A stretch of 63,680 nucleotides of DNA, the filler included, from Choristocarpus tenellus KU-1152 (Eukaryota > Protista > Phaeophyceae): NCBI GenBank assembly GCA_964200185.2. It is 9 parts of 9 records of this genome, joined end to end, with 100 filler letters (N's around TTAATTAATTAA, not from the genome) between each part and the next. Parts side by side here need not be neighbours in the genome. Positions count along the whole stretch, not along the records: positions 26,685 to 37,704 come from CAXNAD020002561.1; positions 37,805 to 41,534 come from CAXNAD020018259.1; 7 more parts are not named here. One strand, given 5' to 3'. The first letter of the stretch is position 1, and each line of letters opens with the position of its first letter. This document shows, in pieces, positions 26,685-39,388 of the stretch. The notes under the pieces were generated by a model. It was not told the origin of the DNA. It searched no databases and worked only from the letters and a program-made list of their open reading frames with translations. Made by a program: the position numbers and the translations under genes.

Positions 26685-26741
26685 CCCACAACCTTTGTGC
26701 TCGCCCCCCCCCCCCCCCCCCCCCCTCAGATACTTTGGGTC
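26685..26741 (+). mobile_element. MITE family A, right terminus at contig start
   Basis: polyC-TCAGATACTTTGGGTC. Confidence 0.75.
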
Positions 26742-26866
26742 AAACCTAAGATGTTACGAAAAAGTGTATCAAAATATTACTGATCTATTTTCAGCAGACA
26801 GTTCAAAAAGAAGAAAAAAAGGAGGAGATAGTGGACAAGTTACGAATGCGGAAAAGCAAAGGAGTT

Positions 26867-27045
26867 GGCTCAAAGTATCTGAGGGGGGGTGGCAGCTGTC
26901 CATTTGTGGTCAATTTTTCCATGTCGCGATTTTGGGGTGATTTGGTTGCATACGTCGGATGGATAATGTAGATGCACTTTTCCTGCTTTTGGTCCAAATG
27001 GACACCCTGGCGTAGACCCCCTCCCCCCCACAGATACTTTGGGTC
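26867..27045 (+). mobile_element. MITE family A, complete 179-bp copy in a WDR78 intron
   Basis: TIRs GGCTCAAAGTATCTG-polyG / polyC-CAGATACTTTGGGTC. Inner inverted GTCCATTTG/CAAATGGAC. Flanks AGTT/AGCT, a possible 4-bp TSD with one mismatch. Confidence 0.9.
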
Positions 27046-27083
27046 AGCTTGAGGTCAACAATGGAAAAACGTAGTCGCCTCAC

Positions 27084-30000
27084 CTGCCAGACTGGATCGG
27101 TGTGCTTCCCTGCTGAACTGCTGCTTTCAGCCACCGGTGAGCCAAAGTGCTGGAGGGTGGCAAAGGGACAAGGAAGAGTCAATGCATGCATGGTGCCGTA
27201 CTGTGGACAAGAGAATACGGTGGTGCGATTTCTTTCCCCCTCTATTGCAAGTGGAGTCAGACCCAGACTGAAAGGGTGGGGTATATTTTACCATCAGCAA
27301 TATTTCCACTGATATCATGGCCTGTAGGTTGCATCACGTTTATAGGATGGATGTATTATTGCGTGCAACATCCCCTAACCCTAACCCCTTAACCATACTT
27401 CGTAGTGTATCTATTTTTTATTTTCATTCCCGTTATCGTAAGATATACTGCGTATCATTATGCTCACTATCATTCTTAATGCGTGCTCCAGAGTACTGGG
27501 TTTAATGAATATGAAATTATCATTATTTTTTTTTAATAGTATTACCATCATATTTTTTGTCGTTAATATTGTACTATCACTACTTCTTCACATACCTCGG
27601 TGATACTACTGGGAGGAAGAGAGAGGCATGTGCCTGGAGTCATTTCCTGTCATCCCAACCCAATCGCTCAAGAGATCACGAGGGAAACACTGGTATGGTA
27701 GGAGTATATGCAGAGAATCTGAACCATGCTTTAGACACATCTATTAAGCTTATATTGGAGTTCAAAAGTACTGTGTTCAATATATTTTATATCTACCTCC
27801 CCCCCCCCCCAACACCTTACATGTACCAACTCCGAGGAGGTCACTTTTTAAACATACACTACATAGTATATATATATATATCGAGAGAGAGATTTCACTG
27901 TTCCTCACCTCACTGTCCCTTGCTGTGTCAAATATTGCAATCGTTCCATCATACATACCCACTGCCAAAAGGTTGGGATGACGTCCAGAAAAATCCAGAC
28001 TGGTGACATTGCTATGAGTACGTATCACACGCTCAGGGTACTCCGGATTTCGAACCTTAATATCACCATCATTGAAAAAGAGGTGGGAGGTGAGGGAGGG
28101 AGGGAGGGAGGGAGGGTGAGGAGATGGGAGGGTACAAGGGTGGGCGAGAGTTGTGGAGAGTGGAGACATGTGGATAGATTGAAAGACCTGGGAAAATAAG
28201 GGGGAGGATGAGAACAAGTCGTGAGACCAGGCGTATGGAATGCCGGCTAAAGAGAAGGTGGAATGTGTCTTTTGTCTGTACGACTTGTGAGTTGCTGCTT
28301 GGATTTTGACTGATGGATTCAAGAACGTTTGGAGTTGAAATAGCACTTCAAGGTGGTATTGTTAACGATGGTGATGACGGCATCGAGGTAACAGGGGACA
28401 TGTGATGACAACAAGCATGTATTTCACGCCAATGTACTGTCCTATGTGTTCGTTTTAATTAAACCTGCAGTGCGCATTTCCACGGTGGTACCTTCAGCTC
28501 ACCTCAAGCATAATGATGAGTGCTGTTTACGGTGTTGGTGTTTATTTGAGCCACAAGTATGGTGGAAGGAGGTGTTGACTGCAGATTTGATGATAAATTA
28601 TAATTAGTAAGCTGTTCAAAAACACAAAAAAATGTATTTGTCATTGTGGATACCACTGCTCACTTTAGCACCTACATGTTAAAAAAAAAAGAATTTGAGT
28701 ACTGGATTCTCAACACTGTCTCCTTCTTTTCAGTCTGTGAGAGTGAGAGAGGACCCTCTGTTGAAAATGTTGTCCCTGACACAGGGCACCGTTAATTTCC
28801 TTTCATATCAGACGACACGGTCTGCAGTCTCACCGACCAGAACAAGACTGCACCCCCCGGTTGAAGCCTTGGCGAGAAGAAGAAGTCTCCATACCCTACA
28901 GCCAGGACATCCCCATTTAGCTGGTGGAAACATAGCGCTGTCACCGTACGGTCACGGTGTACTGCAAACATCCCTTCTGCTCCTCCAACTCCGTCCACTG
29001 ACCCCTGTGCCATCCCCGCCATTTTCCCCCCACTAGGGCTTGAGTCACCCCCATGGACTGGGGCACGTCTTCCTTTCTCTCCTGCGCTTTGGGTTGTACC
29101 TCCATCTGTGAATGGGTAGTGGTGTGTCCACAATTTTTGTAGACCAGCGCGCTTGTGTGAACCGTCCTCCTGGGGCACAACAAGTACAGTGTAGGTGCTA
29201 CAGAGCTTCAAAGGAGTGATGTATCAGTAAAGCAGCAGTGCTCGAGACTTGAGTATTCTAGTCGTCCATTAGACTGGTACCACCGAAAAGTTCTGACACA
29301 GCATAAGTCTCACACCAAGTTGGCAGTTGGCTTTTTCTTGCAGCCCAACCAGTCTTCTCACCTCTTCTGTATCCTCCTTCCCGCCCTCTACTGCTGGAGC
29401 AACCGCTATGTCCCCAGCTCCCTCTGCATCCTTTTCGCCCCCAGATATGTCCTCGACAAGGGGGTAGTTTCGGTACTCGAGTTGCTTTTTGTGAAGAAGA
29501 TTCTGGAACAAGCTGCGCTCGACCTAGGTTCAAGTCGTTTTTTAAGTGGATAAGTGTGATAGGTTGCAGATTGCTGTGCGGAGAATAAAAAAGTAACATG
29601 TTGGAGGCCAGCTTGACTGAAGCAATGCAGATCACTACCTGGCATTGCGTGACAATGATGGACAGCCAGTCGATAGATAAGGTTAGTCCAAGGGTGTAAA
29701 TCTCACAGAGAAAAATCTCAGGTTGCGTTCTGAAAGGTGTGCATTGATGCTGAACAACTGGACTGTGCAGATAGGCAGTCGACGTTTTTGACATGCAGAA
29801 AGGTAGAGGGGCAGATGGACAAATCACCTCCACATACATACACACTGCAGACAATATTTCTTCCACTAGCCGGTAGGATGTTGCAAGTTTCTCACCAGCT
29901 CCAGGGAGTTGAGCAGCTCCTTAGACACCATTATCTCCTGAGCTTGCTGAGCAGCAAGTACCTCCGCTACACCTCTGTTATGTTTGGAGTCAATGCGGAT

Positions 30001-33000
30001 CCTCAATTAAAATAGTTTGGTTTTTGTTGCACAAAGCAAATAGCCCTCTGAAGCGCTAGGCAGGGGCTATAAATGTAGTGGAGTGTGTGGGAAGCAAAGT
30101 TTTCGTGGTGGTTACACACACACAACTTTATGTCATTTAACTTATTTGTTGCTTAAAGAATTAAGTACTTTGATGCATACTTATTGATTTACACGCTTCA
30201 TTGTGATGTCTTAGAAAAAAAATTTGCCCTCTCTCATTGGCACCTATTTGATCGTATTACAGTACACAGTCATCGCTGCCATGCTCAATACCATCTCGGG
30301 CAGACCCTCCTGATAGTGGCAAAAATAGTGTGGCAGGCATAATATCATGTCAACAGCCTAAAGGAGAAGTTCTGAGGCTTGCAACTGTACGCTACTATAC
30401 AGGTATCTATGGCTAGAATTGCAGCAGTTGGGATTTGGTAGTTGTTGCATGGCAAAAGGCGGAGAGCTGTCTTGATCTTCGACTCATCAGAACAAATAAA
30501 CATGTCACATACTTCGAAGCAATCAAGATAAGGAGGAATTTCAAGTGCAGATTCTGAATACGTTAGTAGTTTCAACTTCTTCATGCTGTGAATCAAAGAA
30601 AAGTATTCCTTACACTTGTGCAGAACAACTCTAGAGGTCACGTTTGAAGTAGAAAACTTTTACCATTCCCAAACCTGCATTAGTATCTCCCTTCAAGTGC
30701 ACAAACCTGGAATCCATAGGGCCGGTTGCCTCCTCGTCAATCTCATTTCCTGTATGGGTCTTGGGGTCTGACTTTCTTACAACTGAACCTTTGCTGCTTT
30801 GGGAGGATCGCCTCCTTTGGGAGGGTGCTGCGCCTGTTCCAGCTCCCCCACCTGGAGTGTGAATAAGACGCGCCCGACTGGAGTTGGGGTTTACCACCCC
30901 TGACCCACTCAATGCGCTTGATCCGGCATGCATTCGTCCTCCATTGTCAGCAGTTGTACTTTGTAGGAGGGGCGGAGGAGCCACAGTATTGACCGTCTCA
31001 AGGAGGCAACCCGGACTGGGATCCTCATAGCCAGACAGCACAAAGTCGATAGTTGTTGTTGAGGTTGTGAAGGTAAGGAGAGGCAGCGGGAGAGCGATAG
31101 TGTCGCTGTTGTTTTAATAAGTGTTCATGTAAGTGACACCTACTGGCTTGGTCCAAGCAATCTCCTTCACCATTTTTCTCTTTATCTCTTATTGTGCACC
31201 CTAAATTGTATTAATTCGTTTTCTGAGTGAAAGTATCTTAGAGGGTACGAGTTTTGCCCTGTTTGTCCATTTGGGGCTCGGCTTCTCATGCTTTTTATTA
31301 ATATTATTTTCCTACTCCAAAATATTTCGAGTAGGTAAAATGTATACATTATCAAAAGGTGTGTCCAGAACAAGGATATTGACACTTCCTAACAAACACC
31401 ACCACAGCCAAAACTACATCAAAATCGCAACATTGGATTGTGGCCCCCAAATGGACGCGGATTTACCCTCTAAGACACTTTGACTCTCTGTTCAATAATA
31501 ATTTGCTCAAGAGGTAGTGTCCCAGTCTGTTGTCTTCTTACTTTTGCATCTATGTATCTTCACTGTGAAGAGCCAAAATACACAAATAGCTGGGTTTGAG
31601 GACTTTAAAAAACAGATGTAATGATAACAAATGGGCACCTTCAGTGGCATTTGAAAGCACCCATGTGTGGAGTTCCACTCACCTGGCAAGTGTGACAGTG
31701 GCAAGCTCACTCGCCTGCTTCTGTACATCCGACATAGTCTTGCCCGCATCTGTCTTGCTCCCAATGTCCCCGTATACTCCCTCATCACCTGCTCCAGTAT
31801 CCATTCCCTTGGCTTGTTCATCAAATATTTCCCAAGTGTTTGCAGCACAGGACACATCCTTGGTGGTGGCTGCTATGGCCATGACCTAACCAAAATTTGA
31901 CGACATGGGGTGGCTGGAGTACTGAGGGACTTATTGTTTATATGGCACCGAAGTGTCATCATTACACAACCAAGAAAGGAAATGTCCATAGACAGTCAAC
32001 ATCTCCTCAGATAAGGTACTCTTTGAAGGGATTAGCAAGTTGAGGAGGAAGAGAATAATCCGATGCAGATGGCACCAGCACCCCTCCCCAACTAACTGAA
32101 ATATGGGTTCCATTGCATAATTTTACCTCTTTCGTCTTCTGTGCCCAGTTCACACTTTGTGTGTGGCGAGATATATACTTGTCGCTACCGACATGCTCTG
32201 CCACTCTTTTTTCGTACTCCTGCTTCTCATACTGGTACCTGACAAAGGAATGTATTACGGGCGTCTCTGAAAAATGCAGTGAGGTAGTGCTTTATTCGCT
32301 AAGAGGTTACATCAACCCTTGAACCGAGACGAAGGGGTTTCAGCTCGGACTGATGTTGGGAAATGGTGTTATTCACACCTGTCATAGTCCCGAAGATCAA
32401 TAGCTACTGCTGATCCTGTGATTTCCAACAACATTTGGGTGGGTGTCTCACACAGACGTATGGTCACAGGGGCACAGAGGTCCTCCTCTGTCAACCCCTT
32501 GTCCTCCATGTTTCCATCACGCTTTCTACGTGCAAGTGATCTGCTTCCAGGGCTATTATGGCCACCGGCGTCCGTCTTTGCGTCATCTCTCGCGTCTTGA
32601 CTCCCACGTACAACCCCAGTTTGCCGAGGTTGGTTGTGTGGGAACTCCTTGGACTGGGAGCTTCTTTTCACCTGGGGTGTCTTCGAAGGTCCTGTAGGTG
32701 CGTATCTTGCCGTGGATGACGAGAGGAGGCTTTGAGGAGTGACGTTGATGCCATTGTGGAAAACACGTACCGTGCCTCCCGATCCTGTAAGACCACTGGC
32801 ATGAGCTGAGATCCCAGCCCTGCTTCGTGATCCTCCTGTGCGGGATATTCCAATTTTTGAACTGATGCAAAAAAACAAGCAAGGCCCTGGAATAGATCAG
32901 ATACGTTCAATACAAACCCGTGCCATAGTCCATTCAAGTTTCGATAGCATCCATCAGGAACATCTCACCGACTTGTCCCCCCTCCTCCTCGACCCCGCGA

Positions 33001-33021
33001 TATGTTTGCTCGGGATGCCAT
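27084..33021 (-). CDS. WDR78: Axonemal dynein intermediate chain WDR78/DNAI4 (IC138-like); 3' end lies beyond the contig
   Basis: In-phase exons 33021-32969, 32861-32379, 32238-32127, 31885-31683, 31015-30707, 29974-29896, 29523-29362, 29169-28834, 28055-27909, 27149-27084. Motifs LCETPT, TQSVNWAQKTKEV, ANTWEIFD, VERSLFQNLLH..QLEYR, LAVGYG, FWSVRNPEYPER, HPNLLAVGMYDG, KHTDPVWQ. Confidence 0.87.
31225..31486 (+). mobile_element. MITE family B, complete 262-bp copy in a WDR78 intron
   Basis: TIRs GAGTGAAAGTATCTTAGAGGGTA / TACCCTCTAAGACACTTTGACTC; TCT on both flanks. Confidence 0.9.
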
Positions 33022-33324
33022 TTCTCTCAAGATATCTTGGTGTGCAAGAATCTTGATCCCTCGAACAAGAATATCGTTTCACCTAAATTTACAAAACAAA
33101 GAAAAGTAACGACAAGCAAATTATGATAGTGTTGTTGGGATGTACCATCATGTAATAATATTGTATTGCTAAGCTCCACACCACCATTATGACTACTTCA
33201 AACTATTTCCTATGCCTTTTTTTTGCTGGAGCAATGTTTTACGTGATTTAAGGCACAGAAAGGTCGGGAGCAAAGTGTGGAATGGAGCTAACTACTCTTG
33301 TCGCTTGATACTCTGTCTGATACG
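33022..33324. promoter_or_regulatory. Probable bidirectional promoter region
   Basis: About 300 bp between divergent ATGs at 33021 (-) and 33325 (+). Confidence 0.55.
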
Positions 33325-36300
33325 ATGGGAGAGAAGGCAACCCGGGATAAGGATGTTTTTTTCTTCTCGTCGGGCTATAGCCGTCCTAACGGACAGGGGG
33401 AGAAAATGGAAATCAACATAAACCGCGATCCAAGACGGCCTCCCACTGTATGTCATCGACAGTGTGAGGCAAGAGCAAGGTCTGGACCTTTGTTTGAGCA
33501 AGGCAGTCCGGCATCGGTACGGAAGAATAATCGCGTATTCAATACACAGCACCTACAGCGATGGAATATGAGGCCCGAACGGAAGGTATCAACAGTATGT
33601 CGAGGAGGCAGAGAGAGAGAGGCTTTAGAAGAAGAGAACTGGCAACTTAAGGGCGCTCTTAATAGATCGATGGGAGACAATAGGAGGGGTCGAGTGATGT
33701 ATGCACGGATCCAGGAGGAGCTCAGACGCATGGACCACAAAATGATGACGCTCCTAGCAGATCGACACATTCCAGGCGTAAGGTGTGGCGGTTAAGGCGT
33801 TTGCGGTAATGTATGCTACAGCTGTAAGTGACCAACTCTTGCAAACATTGTGCAAGTACCGTGGAGTACAGCGGGCTAGCAAGTTCACCTCGCCATCCCC
33901 CCTTGACGCTCCTCAATGTGTGCTATTGCTAAACCCTGGGTGCTCAATGACAGCGACACCATGTTGGATGTGCGAAGAGATGTGGCAAAAGATACTATGG
34001 TAAGAAGGTTGGTGCAGCAAAAAAGAGCCCTTCAACGAAAGCTGGATGAGCGTGAGAAAGAGTTGGTGTCACTAAAACGAACGCAGGTATGATATTTGAA
34101 GGTTGCAGGAGATAGAGTTCAATGATCGGCCAACAGAACGAATCCTGTAACATCTTTGCTAGCCCGGCCGTTTTTTTATGGATGCAGGAGTGGTTGTGTC
34201 AGACCTCTTTTCCTCCTTTTTTCGGATAAAATATGAATTGAATTTGGTAGAGCAAAAGTTTTTCCTTAACGCGATTGAGAGATAGGTTTCTGGAGTACGC
34301 TCAAGCACTTGTCTTAGGGGACAAATAGTGTAGGTTGCATTGCAGCTCTGGAAGATTGCATAAAAAGTAAGCCTGATGGCAGGTTTGTGACCAAGATTTG
34401 AGTGAGCGCTCGTTTGTCCAGCTGCTTTCGTAAAACCTCCGAACTACACCTGTTTGAGTTTATAGCCTTTTGAGTGGTCAAGTCAGAAGGGAAACAAACA
34501 CTTATTTGAGAAGCAAAACTCATGGGTAGAGGTTGTGACTGCACCAATATTGAGTGGCAGGGTCAAGGCTAACTGATTTTGTTATATATCAGTAAGGAAC
34601 AAGTGTTGCTTCACACCCAGCCAAGAGGCAGGACAGAAAAAAGTCCTACTTGTCAAACTCAAAATGTAAGAAGTTCTATCAGTTACATCGTCCACTACTA
34701 AGAAATGTTGTTGAGGAGGTATTGTAAAGGCACACCTAACCGAATAAATGCGCGAAGTATGATCTGATGGCGCAAACGGAGCAGGAAAGGGGTAAGGTGA
34801 GACTGACAGAGATGTCCTTCAGAGCTTCCCTTTTCCACACTGCACACCTGTTTACACAATAGCATAGGCCTTCCTGTCTCTTTTTATTCCTTTGAGCAAT
34901 AGGGCTTTCTCATCTCAGCAACCTGCATACACCCTCCTCCTGTGGCCAGGTTTAATGCTGCCTTACTTCAACAAGTGTTGATTAACGTCATTTACCCTCT
35001 GAGCTTGTTTGCATGCATGACCCATCCCTTTGCCCAGGGCCACTGTGTTTGCAATTATCTTGCTGCGTTCCTTCAAATATAATAATACTCGGAGTAACTG
35101 CTGCTCTTCTCAGCAATTTTCAGTGCTTGAGGAGATGACAATGACAATGAGAGAATACTACCTCGAGTCTCAACGACTCCAGGACATCCTTGCTGCAACA
35201 AAGTGCTCTTGTACTACACCTGCATCGACCGGAGTTTCATATCATCAAGCATGTATGGAGGACACCAAGCCCTGGACAATGCACACAATCAGTCCATCTG
35301 ATGAAGCCCACACAATGGCAAAGAATGATGAGATCTCAAGCACAATTGATACGGTGAGGAGCGTTTTTAAAGATCATTCGAGATGCCCTCATCGCGAACA
35401 ATGTGAAAGTGGTGATGCAAAAAACGAGGAGTGGTGCTCTATTGAACATGCGATGGCAAGGTCACCAATGCAAGATCTTCCAAGTCCTGAGAACTACACC
35501 TCAAGCGCCTACAAAGAAACAGTATCTGATGATAAGGCCCTGGAAGGACATCACTACCTGAGCTTGAAAGATGTTATTCAAGTCCAGCAGAACAAAATTA
35601 AAGCCCTTCAGCATCGTGTTAATGCTCTTGAGATATCCTCCATACTGCGCACTAAAAAGTTGACAGCATCTGGGTGTCGGCCACATGGTCCTGACAACTT
35701 AAACGGTTCATCACGTAGTAATAATACCAAACGTGCAAGACCTTCTTCAGCAGGGTGTCGTAGGTTCCCACATGGTTGTGCCAAGGTTTCCACACGCCAG
35801 TTCAGAGGCAAAAGTCAGAAGCAAGTGAAGGTTCAGCAGCAGCAGCACAAGCATCAGCAATGTACTACAGAACAAGGCCTAACCTGGCTACATGGGCCAA
35901 AGGAGAGGTCTTGCTTTCCTGGATCTCGCCCATCCTCTGCACCACTCCATCGTGAGTCGGAAGTAAAAGACAAATCAAACCTTCACCAAAACAACTCTGG
36001 ATGGGTTAGCCATACAGAGTTCCCCACCGTGAACACTAGGGCATCAGGGCCTTGCTCACACAGAGAAAGGGAGCTCGAGGAGGTAGTTTCGCACGCAGTA
36101 GCTGGGAGGACCATAGTACAAAATGTACAGAAGAAGTTGACAACAAATCCTGTCAAGGATGACACTCTCAACAGTACAAAACTGGCAGTTGGTTCAATGG
36201 AAGATGCCATTGAAGGAGCTTACTGCGAAATGCTGGCTGACAAGGAGGGGCGTGCATCCCAGTCGAGCAACATCAATCCTGTTGAACAAACTTCCTCTCC

Positions 36301-37246
36301 TATTGAGCCAGGACAAGAGTTATGCAACTCAGGTGCCAACAGTCCCATAGGTGACAATGTTGACTCTGGCGACAGTGGGGGGAGTTTCATTCATCAGAGT
36401 GGGGGGGAGGGAAGCAAAGAGGAGGGAAATAAAGTGCTCATGAGCGGAGGTGAATGTGTAGAGACGGTAGAGTGGCTTACAGCAGGTAGCAATCCTGCAT
36501 CCGACCAGTCAGCAGCACACACAAGCACTTTAATGAGTAGATCCTATAATAACTCTGCCTTGCTCAGGGCCTCTTTTGTCGAGGGGTCAAATAACAAATG
36601 CAGCGGTCAATACTCAAGTCAAGATGGGAAGGCTGACAAAGTGTACACAACCTTGACTGTCAGCAATGATGGTTACAATTCTCCTTCAACATCAAAACTA
36701 TACACAAAACCTAGTGGCGATAGGGAAGGACGAGGAAGTGAAGGTTCAGATGCCAGTGACCTACTTTCCAGGCCTTCCATCCAAGGAGAAGGCGTGGGTG
36801 ATGAAGGAAGCGGTTGTAGCCGAGGGGTTTCACCCAGAGACTTGAGAGATAACAATGAAGCGGTTGGTTGGGAGTCCCACACAGGTACCACTGAATGCTC
36901 TCCTGGAATGGTTCTTACTGATACTCTTCTAAACCAAGAAGAAGAAGAAGAAAACAGCAAATTTGGACAGCTATCGACACCATCCCCAACACTTGGAGTG
37001 GTTTGTGAAGAGACCACCCAATCCATAGGATCTAGAGAACCAATAAAACAGTTGTTGGAGGTCAAAATGAAAGAACTTAAGGGGGTGGAACATGCACCTG
37101 TTGATAATAGCCCTGTGCCAATATTGTCAGTGGATGATCGGGAGAAGAACAATGAGATCGTGGATCAAGATGCTATTGACGGGGTGCCATCTCTAGACAG
37201 AGATGAGTATGAGGATGATTTTGATGAATACCCTGCCTTCGAGTAA
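33325..37246 (+). CDS. IQCE-like N-terminal coiled-coil protein with a long disordered C-terminus (3 exons)
   Basis: Exons 33325-33782, 33954-34086, 35114-37246 join in phase. EREALEEENWQLK...RIQEELRRMDHKMMTLL and FSVLEEMTMTMREYYLESQRLQDIL resemble the IQCE coiled coil. No IQ motifs seen. Confidence 0.7.
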
Positions 37247-37593
37247 TGAAAAGAGTGCGAATTAGTTTACATAACGCTGCAATGGAGTACTGGAGTGGTA
37301 TGGGTAGCGGTGATATGGCTATCCTATTTTTTAAGGACACACTGAAAAAGTGCACAATCGCAGTAGTAGATGTATCTTTAGTACAAAGAACAATCCCGTG
37401 AGTGAGTGCAATACCAATTTCTCCACAGGAAATGATGCGGAGTACACGAAAAATGGTAGGAAAGTCAACATTTTATGCACAGAGTAACCTTAATTTAAGT
37501 ACTAAACTTGTAACAGTATACTCAGCATGATTAGCGAACCTGAAAAAACTAGGAGCTGTGAGGCTCCAGGCTCACAGTTGCTGCTGACATACC

Positions 37594-37704
37594 GGCTCAA
37601 AGTATCTGGGGGTGGGTGGTGGGTGTCCATTTGGGCTTATTTTTTCCATGTCGCAATTTTTGGGTGATTTGACTGCATACGTCAGGGATGGATAATGTAA
37701 GTGC
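37594..37704 (+). mobile_element. MITE family A, left arm at contig end
   Basis: GGCTCAAAGTATCTGGGG...GTCCATTTGG...GGATAATGTAAGTGC. Confidence 0.88.
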
Positions 37705-37804
37705 NNNNNNNNNNNNNNNNNNNNNNNNNNNNNNNNNNNNNNNNNNNNTTAATTAATTAANNNNNNNNNNNNNNNNNNNNNNNNNNNNNNNNNNNNNNNN
37801 NNNN
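37705..37804. other. Artificial contig linker
   Basis: N-TTAATTAATTAA-N, 100 bp. Confidence 0.98.
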
Positions 37805-37988
37805 CCTATAAGCCCACTTCTATAACATTAAGTGTACGTTTTCTGTGAATGCTCTACTACACACTTCAACGATCACTTTCTTTGACCTGACTTGTGACCA
37901 TTCAATGACCACCTGCTTCGATCAATATTTTATTTTTTACTTGTTTAATGTGCACTGTTCTTTGCTACTGTTCCTTCATATCTCAAAG

Positions 37989-39098
37989 TTGACCCACAAG
38001 TAGGTGGTGATCCTCATTTGGTGGGCTTTAAGGGACAGAGGTTTGACGTCACCGGGCAAGATGAAGGCATTTACAACCTGGTGCACGATGGAGAGTGCAA
38101 CATCATCAACATGCGTGTATCGGCTCTGCCCGGCATGCCTGCCATAACCTACATTACAGCGTTAGGCATGATACTTTGTGGGAAGGACGGAAACAAACAC
38201 ACAGTGGAAATAATGGTGAAGGATCCCCACAATTTGGAAACATCTTGTCCTTCAGACTACGTTTGTTTGGCGGACGGGGCATTGACTGTGGTATTGGACA
38301 GCAAAGAGATTATGGGACCAGGCATGGTACGTGAAACTTGCGTTGTTCACAGTTGGATTAATTGTACTTTGCCCATGACACAACATGCCTCAATTGTGTC
38401 AGAAGAACTCTGTGCCAATGTATATACCGTAGGCTGTTGGGAAAAAGCAGGTACTGATCTCTCCGTCATATTCTCTTTGAAAGGTAGTGATGTTCTCCCC
38501 CTAAAAGTGATTCTCAGCCCATCAATCTTGTTCTGTTTTTGTTGTACTGCTGTTGTTTCTGTCAGTTTGATACTGGCAATGGTGTCGTGGTTACTGCTGC
38601 CAACATCCCTGGAGAGTGCCGTCCTTTTGGGTTTGAGAAATACTGGATGGCACAGCAGGACAAAGATGAGAACAATGCGACCCATGGACGTAGGCTTGAG
38701 GAGGTTTTCCCTATGTCAGAATGGCTCATGAGGGACACGCTGAGGACAAACCCTAGAGAATGCGACCTTTACGTGAAAAGGGCTGCTGAATCGGACTCAC
38801 TGTTCGACCATCAATCGGAGCACACCTCTTTCCAAATAGCATCGCNNNNNNNNNNGTGCGGGACCCTACTGACACGCTTGACCTTCCAGATCATGTGGCT
38901 TATCAGATGAATTTGGCCTTCCGCAAGATACAACTAGGAGATGATCCTCGCGGCATTCTGGGTGAGACAGTTCACCCTGTCCTGAACGAGAGTGGTGCAC
39001 CAATTATGGAGGGTCCAAAGGCCCTTCGTGCTGATGAGGAGTCTTATCGTGTGCACTGTCTTCTTTGTAGTGAGTTTGCGCAACTTCTTGAACTGTGA
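37989..39098 (+). CDS. C-terminal GDPH (VWD-like) domain of a probable secreted or cell-surface protein; partial
   Basis: Exons 37989-38326 and 38566-39098, with an internal N gap at 38846-38855. Motifs GGDPHLVGFKGQRFDVTG, CLADGAL, NIPGECRPFGFEKYW, GRRL, PRGILGET. Confidence 0.8.
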
Positions 39099-39132
39099 AA
39101 TGTGATATTGATACTTACCATGGTTATACACT

Positions 39133-39388
39133 GAATGAGAGTATCTTGGAAGGTGCGAGTTTTGCCCTGTTTTTCTGTTTGGTGCTTGGCTTCGCATGTG
39201 TTTTTTATGACGTTTTCCTTCTCTAAATTTGTTTGAGTAGGAAAAATGGATGCATTATGAAATGGTGTGTCCAGAATATGGACATTGACACTTCGTAGTA
39301 AACACGTTAACCATATTATACCAAAATCGTATCTTCGAATTTTGGCACCCAAATAGATGCGACTCTACCTTCTAAGACACTTTGGCTC
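39133..39388 (+). mobile_element. MITE family B, complete 256-bp copy just downstream of the stop codon
   Basis: Colinear with 31225-31486; flanks CACT/AACT. Confidence 0.88.
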
